Origin: Anaerohalosphaeraceae bacterium
GTDB lineage: Bacteria; Planctomycetota; Phycisphaerae; Sedimentisphaerales; Anaerohalosphaeraceae
Direction: 5' to 3'
Assembly: GCA_050309605.1 (NCBI GenBank)
Contig: JBNRMN010000034.1
Location: forward strand, 128,001-192,000
DNA: 64,000 nt
The stretch's first letter is position 1, and each line of letters begins with the position of its first letter. Below the pieces are notes generated by a model. That model ran no database searches, was not told the DNA's origin, and was given only the letters and a program-made list of their open reading frames with translations. Made by a program: the position numbers and the translations under genes. This document shows positions 29,207 to 39,943 of the stretch, in pieces.

Positions 29207-31417
29207 TTATTGACGAGAGTTTGGTTTGGGTTTCGAATTGGCCATAGCCGTCAGCAATTCGCGAAAATCGCCGACGGTATTCAGACGATATTGAGCGCGG
29301 GACGGCCCCGGACCAATCTTGCAGGTAAAGGCGTTTTCGGGCATAACAGCGAACATGTCCTCGTCGGTATAGTCATCGCCGGCGACAAAAATAAACGGCC
29401 ACTGCTGCCGACTGACCCAGGGCAAAACCGCCTGTCCTTTGTTGACGCCGATGTGTTTGACTTCGACGATTTTGGCCCCTTCGAAAACGCCGATATTCAG
29501 GTTGGCGGTCATCGCCATCAGAGCATCTTTCAGTTCCTGTGTACGCAGGTTGGCAAGATCCGGCTCGCTTTTGCGGCAGTGCCAGACCAGCGAGAATGTT
29601 TTTTCTTCGATAAACGCCCCGGGCGTGCGATCCACATACAGCTCGAGCATCGGACGGATGATCTCTTTCCACTCGTTGTCCGGTTTGACCTGGGCACTCC
29701 AGACGCCCGATTCGTCTCGCATATACGCTCCGTGTTCGGCGATTAACGTCATGTTCAGATTGCCGAACCACTGGGTCAGCGTATCCCGGTCGCGCCCGCT
29801 GATAATAATGACCGTATTGGACGGGTCGGCAATCAGTGAGCGCAGTGTCCCAAGCAGCGTTTTGTCGGGCATGGCATCTTCGGGCTGTTTGACATAGCGA
29901 ACCAGCGTTCCGTCATAGTCCAGCAGAATCAGACGCTGACCGGCGGCTTTGTATTCGCTGAGCAGTTTTTTGCGAATGGCGCCGGTCAGAGGGGCCGGGC
30001 CGTGAATGTGCTGCTTGGTCTTGACTTGATCGAGACTCTGAAGAAAATCGCCGGCCCATCGGGCAACGGTATAGCGGCGCAGACGTTCCTGCATCATTCG
30101 ATTGCGTTTGAGCCGTTCGGCTTGAGGCATCTCAAGGGCCTGTCGCAAGGCCGAGGCGATGGACTCCTTGTCGTGCGGGTTGATGACGATGGCCTCGGCC
30201 AATTCACTGGCGGCTCCGGCCATTTCGCTGAGAATCAATACACCCGGATGGTTTTTGTCCTGTTGACAGGCGACGAATTCCTTGGCCACCAGATTCATCC
30301 CGTCGCGCAGCGGAGTGATCAGGGCCACGTCGGCAACCGCATACAGCGCGGTCAATTTTTCAAACGGCAGCGACCGATACATATACGATATCGGCGTCCA
30401 GTCCAGTGTGCCGTATTCGCCGTTGATATGGCCGATAATTTGCTCGATTTGCTCGCGCAGTTCGTTATACACATCCACTTTGGTGCGCGACGGAACCGCC
30501 ACCACGACCAGCGACACCCTTTCGCGGTATTCAGGGTACTGACGCAAAAACCAGTCATACGCCTCAAGCCGCTTAAGAATGCCCTTGGTGTAATCAAGTC
30601 GATCCACCGAGATAATCATCCGTTGTCCGGCAGGATGATGAATCTTTTTGATTTCTTTGGTCACTTCGGGACGCCGGCTGCTCTCGGCAAAACGGTGATA
30701 ATCAATGCCCATCGGGAACGCATCGACCCGCACCAGACGGTTTTGCACCATCAACTGGCTCAAATGCGGCTCATAATCCGAGATGCGATAGACGCTGCTC
30801 AAAAAGTGACGGACATATTCGTATTCGTGAAAGCCCACCAAATCGGCGCCGAGTATGCCTTCCAGCAGTTCCCGCCGCCAGGGCAGCAGCCGCAGCAATT
30901 CAAACGACGGAAACGGAATATGCAGAAAAAAACCAATATGCGATTCGGGCCGTTTGGCGCGCAGCATTCCCGGCAGCAGCATCAACTGGTAATCGTGCAC
31001 CCAGATTTTGTCATCGGGCTTAATCTGCGGCGTGATTTCACGACAGAAATGCTCGTTGACTTTTTTATACGCCCGCCAGTAGGATTCGTCAAAGACGGTG
31101 TAATGGGAAAAGTAATGAAATAACGGCCAGATGGTGCGATTGGCAAACCCGAAGTAAAAATCGCGCACTTCGGCACTGGTAAGAAAGACGGGTTTGCAGC
31201 CGTGCTCTTGGACGCCTTTGGCGATTTGATGCTTGTGCTCGCTGCTGAGCCGGTCGGAGGCAATGCCCGGCCAGCCGAACCAGAGCCGCTGTTTCGGCTC
31301 TTCCAGCGAGGCGATACCGGTGGCGACACCGCCGACGCTCGGCTGAAACGACAAACTGTCGGCCTGTCGTGTGACACTGACCGGCAGCCGGTTAGATATG
31401 ATTAACAGTCTGCTCAT
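29207..31417 (-). CDS. Bifunctional trehalose-6-phosphate synthase/phosphatase (OtsA-OtsB fusion)
   Basis: SNRLP, WVHDYQL, FLHIPFP and DGMNLVAKE (GT20) plus LDYDGTL and GDDYTDEDMF (HAD); start set at MSRLLII. Confidence 0.95.
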   Translation of the reverse strand: MSRLLIISNRLPVSVTRQADSLSFQPSVGGVATGIASLEEPKQRLWFGWPGIASDRLSSEHKHQIAKGVQEHGCKPVFLTSAEVRDFYFGFANRTIWPLFHYFSHYTVFDESYWRAYKKVNEHFCREITPQIKPDDKIWVHDYQLMLLPGMLRAKRPESHIGFFLHIPFPSFELLRLLPWRRELLEGILGADLVGFHEYEYVRHFLSSVYRISDYEPHLSQLMVQNRLVRVDAFPMGIDYHRFAESSRRPEVTKEIKKIHHPAGQRMIISVDRLDYTKGILKRLEAYDWFLRQYPEYRERVSLVVVAVPSRTKVDVYNELREQIEQIIGHINGEYGTLDWTPISYMYRSLPFEKLTALYAVADVALITPLRDGMNLVAKEFVACQQDKNHPGVLILSEMAGAASELAEAIVINPHDKESIASALRQALEMPQAERLKRNRMMQERLRRYTVARWAGDFLQSLDQVKTKQHIHGPAPLTGAIRKKLLSEYKAAGQRLILLDYDGTLVRYVKQPEDAMPDKTLLGTLRSLIADPSNTVIIISGRDRDTLTQWFGNLNMTLIAEHGAYMRDESGVWSAQVKPDNEWKEIIRPMLELYVDRTPGAFIEEKTFSLVWHCRKSEPDLANLRTQELKDALMAMTANLNIGVFEGAKIVEVKHIGVNKGQAVLPWVSRQQWPFIFVAGDDYTDEDMFAVMPENAFTCKIGPGPSRAQYRLNTVGDFRELLTAMANSKPKPNSRQ

Positions 31418-31703
31418 TTCTGACCCAAAATTCAATTGTTCGCTTGATATGTCTTCTATTGTATGCAAAAGTGTACCTGATGCAAGGGGTTAGTCAATTT
31501 CTGGCCAAACGGGGATATTTTGAGGCGAAAATGGAGACAATTGTGCAGAAATAGGCAATGAGGGTTGTGGATACGGCGGCGTGTGGTATAATACGGACCG
31601 GCTTTTGTTGAAGGAAAATCGAGAAAACACCTTGGAATTGTGACGGAAGAACGAGTGAGTCGTTCAATAATAGGTAACTGTCCCTATTATAGGAGATAAG
31701 GCT

Positions 31704-33077
31704 ATGAGCAAAACGTTTATCAAGAAGTCGTTTCGATTAACCGCGATGATGGTTGTCTGGGCCGCATGTTATGCCGACAACCCGATTATTCAGACCAGTT
31801 TCACCGCCGACCCGGCCCCCTTGGTCTATAATGACACGGTGTATCTTTATACCACTCATGACGAAGATGTTTTGGTGAATAACTTCTTCACGATGAATGA
31901 CTGGCTTTGTTATTCGTCAACCGACATGGTCAACTGGACCGATCATGGCTCTCCGTTGTCGTATAAGGATTTCAGTTGGGCAAGCGGGGACGCCTGGGCG
32001 GGTCAGTGTATTTATCGAAACGGCAAGTTCTATTTTTATGTTCCCCTGAAGATGAAAGTCGGCGGCAAAGCCATCGGCGTGGCGGTCTCAACCGATCCGA
32101 CCGGGCCGTTCAAAGACGCTCTCGGACATCCCCTGGTGGGCGATGACGGCAGTTGGGGCGACATCGACCCGACGGTCTTTATCGATGACGACGGCCAGGC
32201 GTACATGTATTGGGGCAATCCCTACCTGCGATACGTCAAATTGAACGAAGATATGATTTCGTATTCCGGCGATGTTGTCGATGTGCCGCTGACCCCGGAA
32301 AGTTTCGGCGTCCGCAGCAAAGACGACCGGGCCACCCAGTACGAGGAAGGCCCCTGGCTGTATAAGCACAACGATTTGTACTATATGCTGTTTGCCGCCG
32401 GGCCGATTCCGGAGCATATCGCCTATTCGACCGGCCCCAGCGCTACCGGCCCGTGGACGTTCGGGGGCGTCGTTATGCCCACCCAGGAGAAAGGCGCCTT
32501 TACCAACCATCCGGGAGTGTGCAAATTCAAGGGCAACTGGTACTTCTTTTATCACAGCGCCGAGCTGTCAGGCGGCCAGGGGTTTCAGCGTTCGGTATGC
32601 GTTGAACTGTTTGAGTACAATGAAGACGGGACAATCCCGACCATCATGATGACCAAAGAGGGCGCGCCGCAAATAGGGCATTTCGATCCTTACCGAACCG
32701 TAAAAGCCGCAACGATTTGCTGGTCGTCGGGGGTCAAGACGGAACCGTGCAGCGAGGGCGGGATGAATGTCTGCAACATCGAAAACGGCGATTACATCAA
32801 GGTCAAAGGGGTGGATTTCGGCAAAGGGGCTGCCTCTTTCGAGGCCAGGGTCGCCTCCGGCTCAGAAGGCGGCAACATTGAAATTCGCCTCGGCAGTCCG
32901 ACCGGGAAACTGGCAGGCACCTGTGTCGTCCCTGGCACCGGCGGCTGGCAAGACTGGAAAACCGTTACCTGTACGGTTGACGGTATCGAAGGCGTACACG
33001 ACGTGTTTTATGTTTTCACCGGCGGCCAGGGCTTGCTGATGAACTTCAATTGGTGGAAATTTCATCCGGCCCAATAG
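31704..33077 (+). CDS. Secreted GH43 xylosidase/arabinofuranosidase with C-terminal CBM6 (paralog 1)
   Basis: Signal peptide; FTADPAP, WAG, IDPTVFIDDDG and EGPW; CBM6 motifs IENGDYI and TGGWQDW. Confidence 0.9.
   Translation: MSKTFIKKSFRLTAMMVVWAACYADNPIIQTSFTADPAPLVYNDTVYLYTTHDEDVLVNNFFTMNDWLCYSSTDMVNWTDHGSPLSYKDFSWASGDAWAGQCIYRNGKFYFYVPLKMKVGGKAIGVAVSTDPTGPFKDALGHPLVGDDGSWGDIDPTVFIDDDGQAYMYWGNPYLRYVKLNEDMISYSGDVVDVPLTPESFGVRSKDDRATQYEEGPWLYKHNDLYYMLFAAGPIPEHIAYSTGPSATGPWTFGGVVMPTQEKGAFTNHPGVCKFKGNWYFFYHSAELSGGQGFQRSVCVELFEYNEDGTIPTIMMTKEGAPQIGHFDPYRTVKAATICWSSGVKTEPCSEGGMNVCNIENGDYIKVKGVDFGKGAASFEARVASGSEGGNIEIRLGSPTGKLAGTCVVPGTGGWQDWKTVTCTVDGIEGVHDVFYVFTGGQGLLMNFNWWKFHPAQ
32801..33066 (+). 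repeat. Near-identical CBM6-coding direct repeat, copy 1 (copy 2 at 34250-34515)
   Basis: About 16 mismatches over ~266 nt, counted by eye. Confidence 0.9.
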
Positions 33078-33161
33078 GGCAACATGACCGAAAGCGGCCG
33101 GCGGCCGTAAAAATGGTGTAAATGATCTGTTTGACATTATAAAATTGAGAGGATAAACAAG

Positions 33162-34520
33162 ATGATGCGAAAAATGGTTACCAACATATCATTTCGATCA
33201 ACAGTGATGATGCTTGCCTGCACGGTATGCTATGCGGCGGATCCGATTATCCAGACGAGCTTTACGGCCGATCCGGCCCCTCTGGTGCATGACGGCGTCG
33301 TCTATCTTTACACCGGCCATGACGATGACAACGCCCCTCCCGGCCAGAGTCGATTCCTCATGCGTGACTGGCTATGCTACTCGTCCACGGATATGGTGAA
33401 CTGGACGGACCATGGAACGTTCGCCTCCCTCAAGACGTTTCCGTGGGCGGTGCAGGAAAACGACGCATGGGCCTCTCATGTCATCGAACGCAATGGAAAA
33501 TTCTACTTTTATGCCTCCGTTAGCGTGCCCGGTTGGCCCAAGAATGTGATCGCCGTCGCGGTGGCCGATCATCCGCTGGGGCCTTTCAAGGACGCGCTTG
33601 GCCACCCCCTTATCGACAAGAAAACCGGATACATCGATCCAGCAGCATTCATCGACGACGACGGTCAAGCCTACCTCTATTGGGGCAACCCACATCTTTG
33701 GTACGTCAAGCTCAATGAGGACATGATTTCCTACTCCGGCGACATTATGCAGGATCCCACGAGGCCGGACAACTACCAAGAAGGCCCTTGGGTGTTCAAA
33801 CGCGACGGCTGGTACTACTTGGTTTATGCGTCCACCTGCTGCCCGGAAGGCATTGGGTACGCCATGAGCGACAGCCCAACCGGCCCCTGGGACTACAAGG
33901 GCTATATCATGCGGCCGGACAGACGATCCACCGGCAATCATCCGGGCGTCATCGAGTATAAAGGCAAATGGTACGTGTTCGGGTTCAATTTCAAATTGAA
34001 CTTTGCCCTGACGGATCAACACCACGAACGGCGCTCGGTCTGCGTGGCGGAAATGAAATTCAACCCGGACGGCACGATTCAACAGCTTCCGTGGTGGGAA
34101 GAGGCCGACAGCGTAACCCAGATCGGCACGCTTAATCCTTATGTCCGCACCGAAGCGGAGACAATAAACTGGAGTTCGGGTGTCAAAACAGAACCCTGCA
34201 GCGAAGGCGGGATGAATGTTTGCAATATCGAGAACGGTGATTATATTCGGGTCAAAGGGGTGGATTTTGGCAAAGGGGCTGCCTCTTTCGAGGCCCGGGT
34301 CGCCTCCGGCTCTGAAGGCGGACATATTGAAATTCGCCTCGGCAGTCCGACCGGAAAACTGGCAGGCACCTGTGTCGTCCCCGGAACCGGCGGCTGGCAA
34401 GACTGGAAAACCGTTTCCTGTGCGGTTGACGGTGCCGAAGGCGTGCACGACGTGTTTTATGTTTTCACCGGCGGCGAGGGCTTGCTGATGAACTTCGATT
34501 GGTGGAAATTTCATCAATGA
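33162..34520 (+). CDS. Secreted GH43 with C-terminal CBM6 (paralog 2)
   Basis: Same domain motifs as the upstream paralog. Confidence 0.9.
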   Translation: MMRKMVTNISFRSTVMMLACTVCYAADPIIQTSFTADPAPLVHDGVVYLYTGHDDDNAPPGQSRFLMRDWLCYSSTDMVNWTDHGTFASLKTFPWAVQENDAWASHVIERNGKFYFYASVSVPGWPKNVIAVAVADHPLGPFKDALGHPLIDKKTGYIDPAAFIDDDGQAYLYWGNPHLWYVKLNEDMISYSGDIMQDPTRPDNYQEGPWVFKRDGWYYLVYASTCCPEGIGYAMSDSPTGPWDYKGYIMRPDRRSTGNHPGVIEYKGKWYVFGFNFKLNFALTDQHHERRSVCVAEMKFNPDGTIQQLPWWEEADSVTQIGTLNPYVRTEAETINWSSGVKTEPCSEGGMNVCNIENGDYIRVKGVDFGKGAASFEARVASGSEGGHIEIRLGSPTGKLAGTCVVPGTGGWQDWKTVSCAVDGAEGVHDVFYVFTGGEGLLMNFDWWKFHQ

Positions 34521-34533
34521 TTATCAGTTTTGT

Positions 34534-34638
34534 ATGATGGGCTTTAGCCCATCATGAATACCGAATGGGTTGCAGTTTATTGTGGGCGAAACGGCCAAAG
34601 GACGTAAGAGGTGAGGTAATTGGTGGGCATGGCCCACC
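34534..34638. repeat. Two short REP-like hairpins
   Basis: ATGATGGGCT-TT-AGCCCATCAT at 34534-34555 and GGTGGGC-ATG-GCCCACC at 34622-34638. Confidence 0.55.
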
Positions 34639-34664
34639 CTGCGCTGGTTGAGGAGCAACAGCTA

Positions 34665-35099
34665 ATGAAAGAGCTTGAGAAGAGAAATAGGTTGCATTGG
34701 ATAATCATTATCTCAATGGCTAATGCCGGAATTCTCGGCTTGTTTTTGACTAGGGTTTTTAGCTGGGTATTCAGTGTTGAGCTGCAAGATAACCTTATTC
34801 TTTTCATCTTCATGATCGCATCGATGGCGCTGTTTTTAGGTGGGTTGATGTTTTTTCTTCCGGTGCAGGTGCTCTATTTCGAACGAAAAGCAAGACGCAA
34901 TAAGCCGCTCATGAAAATGTCGGGCGGCGATCTTGTCGGTTTGCCCTTTGGGGCATACAATCCCGAGGCGGAAGTACCGAAATGGATCTCCATTCCAGTA
35001 AAACTTCTGTTGTGGCTTCTTGTCGGGATTATTGCATTGATGTTAATCGGGGCGGCACTTTCCTTTGTACTTATGTTATTCTTGCCGGAACAAGCCTGA
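34665..35099 (+). CDS. Hypothetical membrane protein (about 3 TM helices)
   Basis: Hydrophobic segments; GAGGAG RBS before ATG 34665; AT-richer than neighbouring genes. Confidence 0.65.
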   Translation: MKELEKRNRLHWIIIISMANAGILGLFLTRVFSWVFSVELQDNLILFIFMIASMALFLGGLMFFLPVQVLYFERKARRNKPLMKMSGGDLVGLPFGAYNPEAEVPKWISIPVKLLLWLLVGIIALMLIGAALSFVLMLFLPEQA

Positions 35100-35138
35100 G
35101 AATAAAATGGTTGTGGCCCTGCGGCGACAAAAACACAC

Positions 35139-35165
35139 ATCCTGTTTAATCCTGTTCATCCTGTC
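35139..35165. repeat. Triple ATCCTGT short repeat
   Basis: ATCCTGT at 35139, 35149 and 35158. Confidence 0.7.
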
Positions 35166-35203
35166 TGAAAAACCGCTAATTCCGTCAAAAAATCAAAACG
35201 TTC

Positions 35204-35232
35204 TTGCCAAATACCCGTGCTTCGGTTAGAGT
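35204..35232 (+). promoter_or_regulatory. Putative sigma70 promoter of carBA
   Basis: TTGCCA-N17-TAGAGT. Confidence 0.45.
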
Positions 35233-35365
35233 TACGCAAATTTTGTGCATACGAGGAAAGCGGGTGCGTTAACAGCGTCCAAAAGCATAAGCAATGGCTT
35301 ATGCGAATCAGAAGACGGGCCGATTTTGCGGCTAAAGAATCCAGCAATAAGCAGGGACAGAGCAG

Positions 35366-38300
35366 ATGCCGAAGCGTAAGGACATAAAAAAGATACTTAT
35401 TGTCGGCTCCGGGCCGATCGTGATCGGTCAGGGGTGCGAGTTTGACTATTCCGGTGCGCAGGCGTGTAAGGCACTGAAGCGCGAGGGATACAGGGTCGTG
35501 CTGGTCAACAGCAACCCGGCCACGATTATGACCGACCCTGAGCTGGCGGATCGGACGTATATTGAGCCGATCACGCCGGAGAGTGTGGAGCAAATTATCA
35601 AAAAAGAGCGGCCGGACAGCCTGCTGCCGACACTGGGCGGCCAGACGGGGCTGAACACCGCCGTCGCGCTGGCCGAGGGCGGCGTGCTGAAAAAATACAA
35701 CGTCCGCCTGCTGGGGGCGAATCTGCAATCCATCAAGCGGGCTGAGGAACGGGATCGCTTCAAAAAGATCATTACCGACATCGGCCTGGAAGTCCCGCAA
35801 AGCGGCTATGCCCACGATATGAAGGAAGCCCGAAAAATCATCGAACGCATTGGTTTTCCGGTCATTATTCGACCGTCTTACACACTCGGCGGTATGGGCG
35901 GTAATGTCGCCTATAATACGGAAGAATATGAAAAATATGTACAATGGGGGTTGTCGCTCAGCCCCAAAAACCAAATTCTGATTGAAGAATCGGTCGTCGG
36001 CTGGAAGGAATACGAACTGGAGGTGATGCGCGACCGCAGCGATAATGTCGTCATCGTCTGTTCCATTGAGAACATTGATCCGATGGGCATCCACACCGGC
36101 GACAGCATCACCGTTGCCCCGGCCCAGACGCTGACGGACAAAGAATATCAGATGATGCGCGACGCATCGCTGAAGATTATTCGCGCCATCGGTGTCGAAA
36201 CGGGCGGCTCAAACATCCAGTTCGCCGTCAATCCCGCCAACGGCAAGATGTATGTCATCGAGATGAACCCGCGCGTGTCGCGCAGTTCGGCGCTGGCATC
36301 CAAGGCCACCGGCTTTCCCATCGCCAAGATCGCCTCGCTGCTGGCGGTCGGCTATACGCTTGATGAAATCGCCAATGACATCACGCAAAAAACCCCGGTC
36401 TGTTTTGAGCCGACAATTGACTATGTCGTGACCAAGTGGCCGCGGTTTACATTTGAAAAATTCCCTCAGACCAGCCCGGAACTGACCGTGCAGATGAAAT
36501 CCGTCGGCGAAGCAATGGCTATCGGTCGGACGTTTCGCGAATCACTGCAAAAGGCGATTCGGTCGCTGGAAATCGACCGCTATTCGCTGGATGGGCGGCA
36601 CATCAAAGCCGATTTGAGCACGGCACAGATCAAAGAACGGCTGCGCAAAAATGGCTGGGACAAACTCTGGATCGTCGCCGAGGCCTATCGGCGGAAATTG
36701 ACCACCGAACAGATTCACGAATTGACCCGGATTGATCCGTGGTTCCTTGAACACATCCATCAGATTGTATTGATGGAACGCCGGCTCAAGACCACACCGC
36801 TTGAGAAAATGACTCCGGCGTTGACCCGGCAGCTCAAGGAAAACGGCTTTAGCGACCACTACATCGCCGGGCAGGTTGGTGTTTCCGAAATGCAGTTTCG
36901 CCGACACCGCCAACAGCAGGGCGTTACCTCGGTTTACAAGCGGGTCGATACCTGCGGCGCGGAGTTTGAGGCGTCCACGCCGTATCTGTATTCGAGTTAT
37001 GAACAGGAATGCGAGGCCGAGCCGACGAGGCAGCGCAAAATAATGATTCTCGGCGGCGGGCCGAATCGTATCGGACAGGGTATTGAGTTCGATTACTGCT
37101 GCTGCCATGCGGCCTTCGCCCTGCGCGAAATCGGTATCGAGTCGATTATGGTCAACTGCAATCCGGAAACGGTCAGTACGGATTATGACACATCCGACCG
37201 GCTGTACTTCGAGCCGCTGACGTTTGAAGAGGTAATGGATATTGTCGAGACCGAAAAACCGGACGGCGTGATTGTTCAGTTCGGCGGACAAACCCCGCTG
37301 AAGCTTTCGTGGGCGCTGCATGCGGCCGGCGTGCCCATCATCGGCACCTCGCCGGACAGCATCGACCGGGCCGAAGACCGCAAGCGATTTAATCAATTGG
37401 CCAAAAAGCTCAAGCTCAAACAGCCGTTCAGCGGAACGGCCCGAACCTTTGAAGAAACGCTCAAGGTTGCCAAACGCCTCGGCTATCCGCTGCTGATTCG
37501 TCCTTCCTTCGTGCTGGGAGGACGGGCGATGGATATTGTCTATAATGAAACCAGCCTGCGCGAATCGGTTCAGGAAGCGCTGGAGGCGTCCGGCGAGCAT
37601 CCGATATTGATTGACAAGTTTCTTGACGATGCAACCGAACTGGACGTTGATGCAATCTGCGACGGCAAGACCGTCGTCATCGGCGGGATTATGGAACACA
37701 TCGAAGAGGCCGGCGTGCATTCCGGCGACAGCGCCTGTTCACTGCCGCCGATGTCGCTGCCTCGGAAGATCATCGACGAGGTCAAACGCCAAACGCGGCT
37801 GTTGGCGCTGGAACTGAATGTCAAAGGATTGATCAATATCCAGTTTGCCGTCAAAGATGAAGATGTTTATATCCTGGAAGTCAACCCTCGTGCCTCGCGG
37901 ACAATTCCCTTCGTGAGCAAGGCCATCGGCGTGCCGCTGGCCAAGCTGGCGGCCAAGATTATGGTCGGTATGACGCTGGATGAACTGGGCTTTACCGAAG
38001 AAGTTCAGCGGCCTTATTATGCCGTTAAAGAAGCGGTTTTTCCGTTCCTGAAATTCTCCGGCGCCGATATTATTCTCGGCCCGGAAATGCTCTCGACCGG
38101 CGAGGTGATGGGGCTAAGCGGCGATTTCGGGACGGCCTTTGCCAAATCGCAAATCGCCGCCGGCAACACCCTGCCGCTGCGGGGGACGGTCTTTATCAGC
38201 GTGCGCGACCAGGACAAGCCCCGAGCCATGCTGGTGGCCAAAACACTGCACGAGCTGGGCTTCAAGATCCTGGCCACCGCCGGCACCTGTATTGAGTTAA

Positions 38301-38575
38301 TCAAACACAATGTGCCCTCGGAATTTGTCCGCAAAGTGGCCGAAGGACGCCCGAACATCGTGGATATGATGATCAACGGTCAAGTCGATATGATTATCAA
38401 CACCACAGTCGGCGAACAAACGATTAAAGATTCATTTGTGATTCGCCGAACCGCGCTGGATCGACAGATTCCTTACGCGACGACCATTCGCGGCGCCGCG
38501 GCGATGACCCAGGCTATCGAAGCGTTGCAGAAAAAGTCCATCCATGTCAAAGCGATTCAGTTATATTACAAGTAA
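35366..38575 (+). CDS. carB: Carbamoyl-phosphate synthase large subunit
   Basis: [30 protein letters not shown], duplicated ATP-grasp domains and an MGS domain. Confidence 0.98.
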   Translation: MPKRKDIKKILIVGSGPIVIGQGCEFDYSGAQACKALKREGYRVVLVNSNPATIMTDPELADRTYIEPITPESVEQIIKKERPDSLLPTLGGQTGLNTAVALAEGGVLKKYNVRLLGANLQSIKRAEERDRFKKIITDIGLEVPQSGYAHDMKEARKIIERIGFPVIIRPSYTLGGMGGNVAYNTEEYEKYVQWGLSLSPKNQILIEESVVGWKEYELEVMRDRSDNVVIVCSIENIDPMGIHTGDSITVAPAQTLTDKEYQMMRDASLKIIRAIGVETGGSNIQFAVNPANGKMYVIEMNPRVSRSSALASKATGFPIAKIASLLAVGYTLDEIANDITQKTPVCFEPTIDYVVTKWPRFTFEKFPQTSPELTVQMKSVGEAMAIGRTFRESLQKAIRSLEIDRYSLDGRHIKADLSTAQIKERLRKNGWDKLWIVAEAYRRKLTTEQIHELTRIDPWFLEHIHQIVLMERRLKTTPLEKMTPALTRQLKENGFSDHYIAGQVGVSEMQFRRHRQQQGVTSVYKRVDTCGAEFEASTPYLYSSYEQECEAEPTRQRKIMILGGGPNRIGQGIEFDYCCCHAAFALREIGIESIMVNCNPETVSTDYDTSDRLYFEPLTFEEVMDIVETEKPDGVIVQFGGQTPLKLSWALHAAGVPIIGTSPDSIDRAEDRKRFNQLAKKLKLKQPFSGTARTFEETLKVAKRLGYPLLIRPSFVLGGRAMDIVYNETSLRESVQEALEASGEHPILIDKFLDDATELDVDAICDGKTVVIGGIMEHIEEAGVHSGDSACSLPPMSLPRKIIDEVKRQTRLLALELNVKGLINIQFAVKDEDVYILEVNPRASRTIPFVSKAIGVPLAKLAAKIMVGMTLDELGFTEEVQRPYYAVKEAVFPFLKFSGADIILGPEMLSTGEVMGLSGDFGTAFAKSQIAAGNTLPLRGTVFISVRDQDKPRAMLVAKTLHELGFKILATAGTCIELIKHNVPSEFVRKVAEGRPNIVDMMINGQVDMIINTTVGEQTIKDSFVIRRTALDRQIPYATTIRGAAAMTQAIEALQKKSIHVKAIQLYYK

Positions 38576-38587
38576 AACAGTAAACAA

Positions 38588-38634
38588 AGCCCTGAAAGGG
38601 CGAAAGGGTTGCATCGTGTCGCCCCTGCGGGGCT
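38588..38634. repeat. Inverted REP-like doublet between carB and carA
   Basis: AGCCCTGAAAGGGCGA at 38588-38603 and TCGCCCCTGCGGGGCT at 38619-38634; each arm is itself a small hairpin. Confidence 0.65.
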
Positions 38635-38689
38635 GGCCGCTTTGACGTGCGGACATTTTACGAAAAGGTAGATCAGACAGAGGATATAA

Positions 38690-39808
38690 ATGAAAGCGGT
38701 ATTATTACTCGAAGACGGAACCGTGTTTGAGGGAATCTCCTTTGGCGCTGAGGGGATTCGATGCGGCGAGGTGGTATTCAATACCTCCATGTCAGGTTAT
38801 CAGGAAATTCTGACCGATCCGTCATATCATGAACAAATTATTACGATGACCTATCCGATGATTGGCAACACCGGCAGCAATCCGCTGGACTGGGAGTCGC
38901 GACAGGTTTTTTCAGCCGGTTTTATTGTCAAGGAACATTGTCCGTTTCCCAGCAATTGGCGAAACACACAGTCGTTTAGCGACATGCTCAAAGAAAACGA
39001 TGTGGTCGGGCTTGAAGGCATCGATACCCGAAAGCTTGTGCGGCACATTCGCACGCAGGGGGCGATGCGGGGGGTTCTCTCCTCGGCTGAAACCAAAATC
39101 TCCGCCCTTCAGAAGCAACTGGATGCCTACCCCGGACTGGTCGGACGCGATATTGTCCAATCGGTTTCTTCAAAAAAACCTTATCTTTGGGATAAGGGCG
39201 TCGTGGACGTCCTGACCAATTCGGAGCTGCGCCCCGAGACCCGATTCAAGGTCATCGCAATTGATTACGGTATGAAAACCAATATCCTTCGTCTGCTTCG
39301 CTCGCACGGATGCGCCGTTGAGGTGGTTCCAGCCACAACCTCGGCCGCGGACATCCTCCGGAAAAAACCCGACGGCGTTTTTCTAAGCAACGGCCCCGGC
39401 GATCCGGCGGCGGTCTTGTATGCCATTGAAACCGTGCGGCAGTTACTGGGCAAGGTACCGATTTTCGGGATCTGCCTGGGGCATCAACTGTTGGCGCTGG
39501 CCCTGGGCGGCCGTACCTACAAGCTGAAGTTCGGCCATCGCGGGGCCAACCATCCGGTCAAAAATCTGGACACCGGCCAAATCGAAATCACCAGCCAAAA
39601 CCACGGGTTTTGTGTGGATATGGACTCGCTCAAGGGTCAGGATGTGGAATTAACCCACCTGAATCTCAATGACAATACCGTCGAAGGCATCCGCAGCCGC
39701 AATCGGATGGCCTATTCGGTGCAGTACCACCCCGAAGCCTCGCCCGGCCCGCATGACGCGCGCTACCTGTTCGCCCAATTTACCGACTGGATGGCCGGCA
39801 AGGGATAA
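38690..39808 (+). CDS. carA: Carbamoyl-phosphate synthase small subunit
   Basis: GEVVFNTSMSGYQE, SNGPGDP, FGICLGHQ and QYHPEASPGPHD. Confidence 0.98.
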   Translation: MKAVLLLEDGTVFEGISFGAEGIRCGEVVFNTSMSGYQEILTDPSYHEQIITMTYPMIGNTGSNPLDWESRQVFSAGFIVKEHCPFPSNWRNTQSFSDMLKENDVVGLEGIDTRKLVRHIRTQGAMRGVLSSAETKISALQKQLDAYPGLVGRDIVQSVSSKKPYLWDKGVVDVLTNSELRPETRFKVIAIDYGMKTNILRLLRSHGCAVEVVPATTSAADILRKKPDGVFLSNGPGDPAAVLYAIETVRQLLGKVPIFGICLGHQLLALALGGRTYKLKFGHRGANHPVKNLDTGQIEITSQNHGFCVDMDSLKGQDVELTHLNLNDNTVEGIRSRNRMAYSVQYHPEASPGPHDARYLFAQFTDWMAGKG

Positions 39809-39835
39809 TCTCTGCCATCGGCGGCTTGTTTTTGT

Positions 39836-39863
39836 TTGACAGCGGATTCATTGGGCTTATAAT
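39836..39863 (+). promoter_or_regulatory. Consensus sigma70 promoter upstream of the HEAT-repeat/atp gene run
   Basis: TTGACA-N16-TATAAT. Confidence 0.65.
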
Positions 39864-39943
39864 GGGGAAATCTTTTGTGGATAATGGGCGGTTGGTTTTT
39901 TAAGTGCTGAATTATAGATAAGTTATGAATATCGGGGGGACAT

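Noticed and set aside
35285..35304. GCATAAGC-AATG-GCTTATGC hairpin in the carB leader as a pyrimidine/arginine attenuator
   Set aside because: It has no U-tract, leader peptide or PyrR motif that I can identify, so no function can be assigned.
15539..37720. Long antisense ORFs opposite amt2, glnA, gltB, gltD, TPS-TPP, GH43 and carB
   Set aside because: Each overlaps a confidently identified gene on the other strand and lacks protein motifs; they are codon-bias artefacts.
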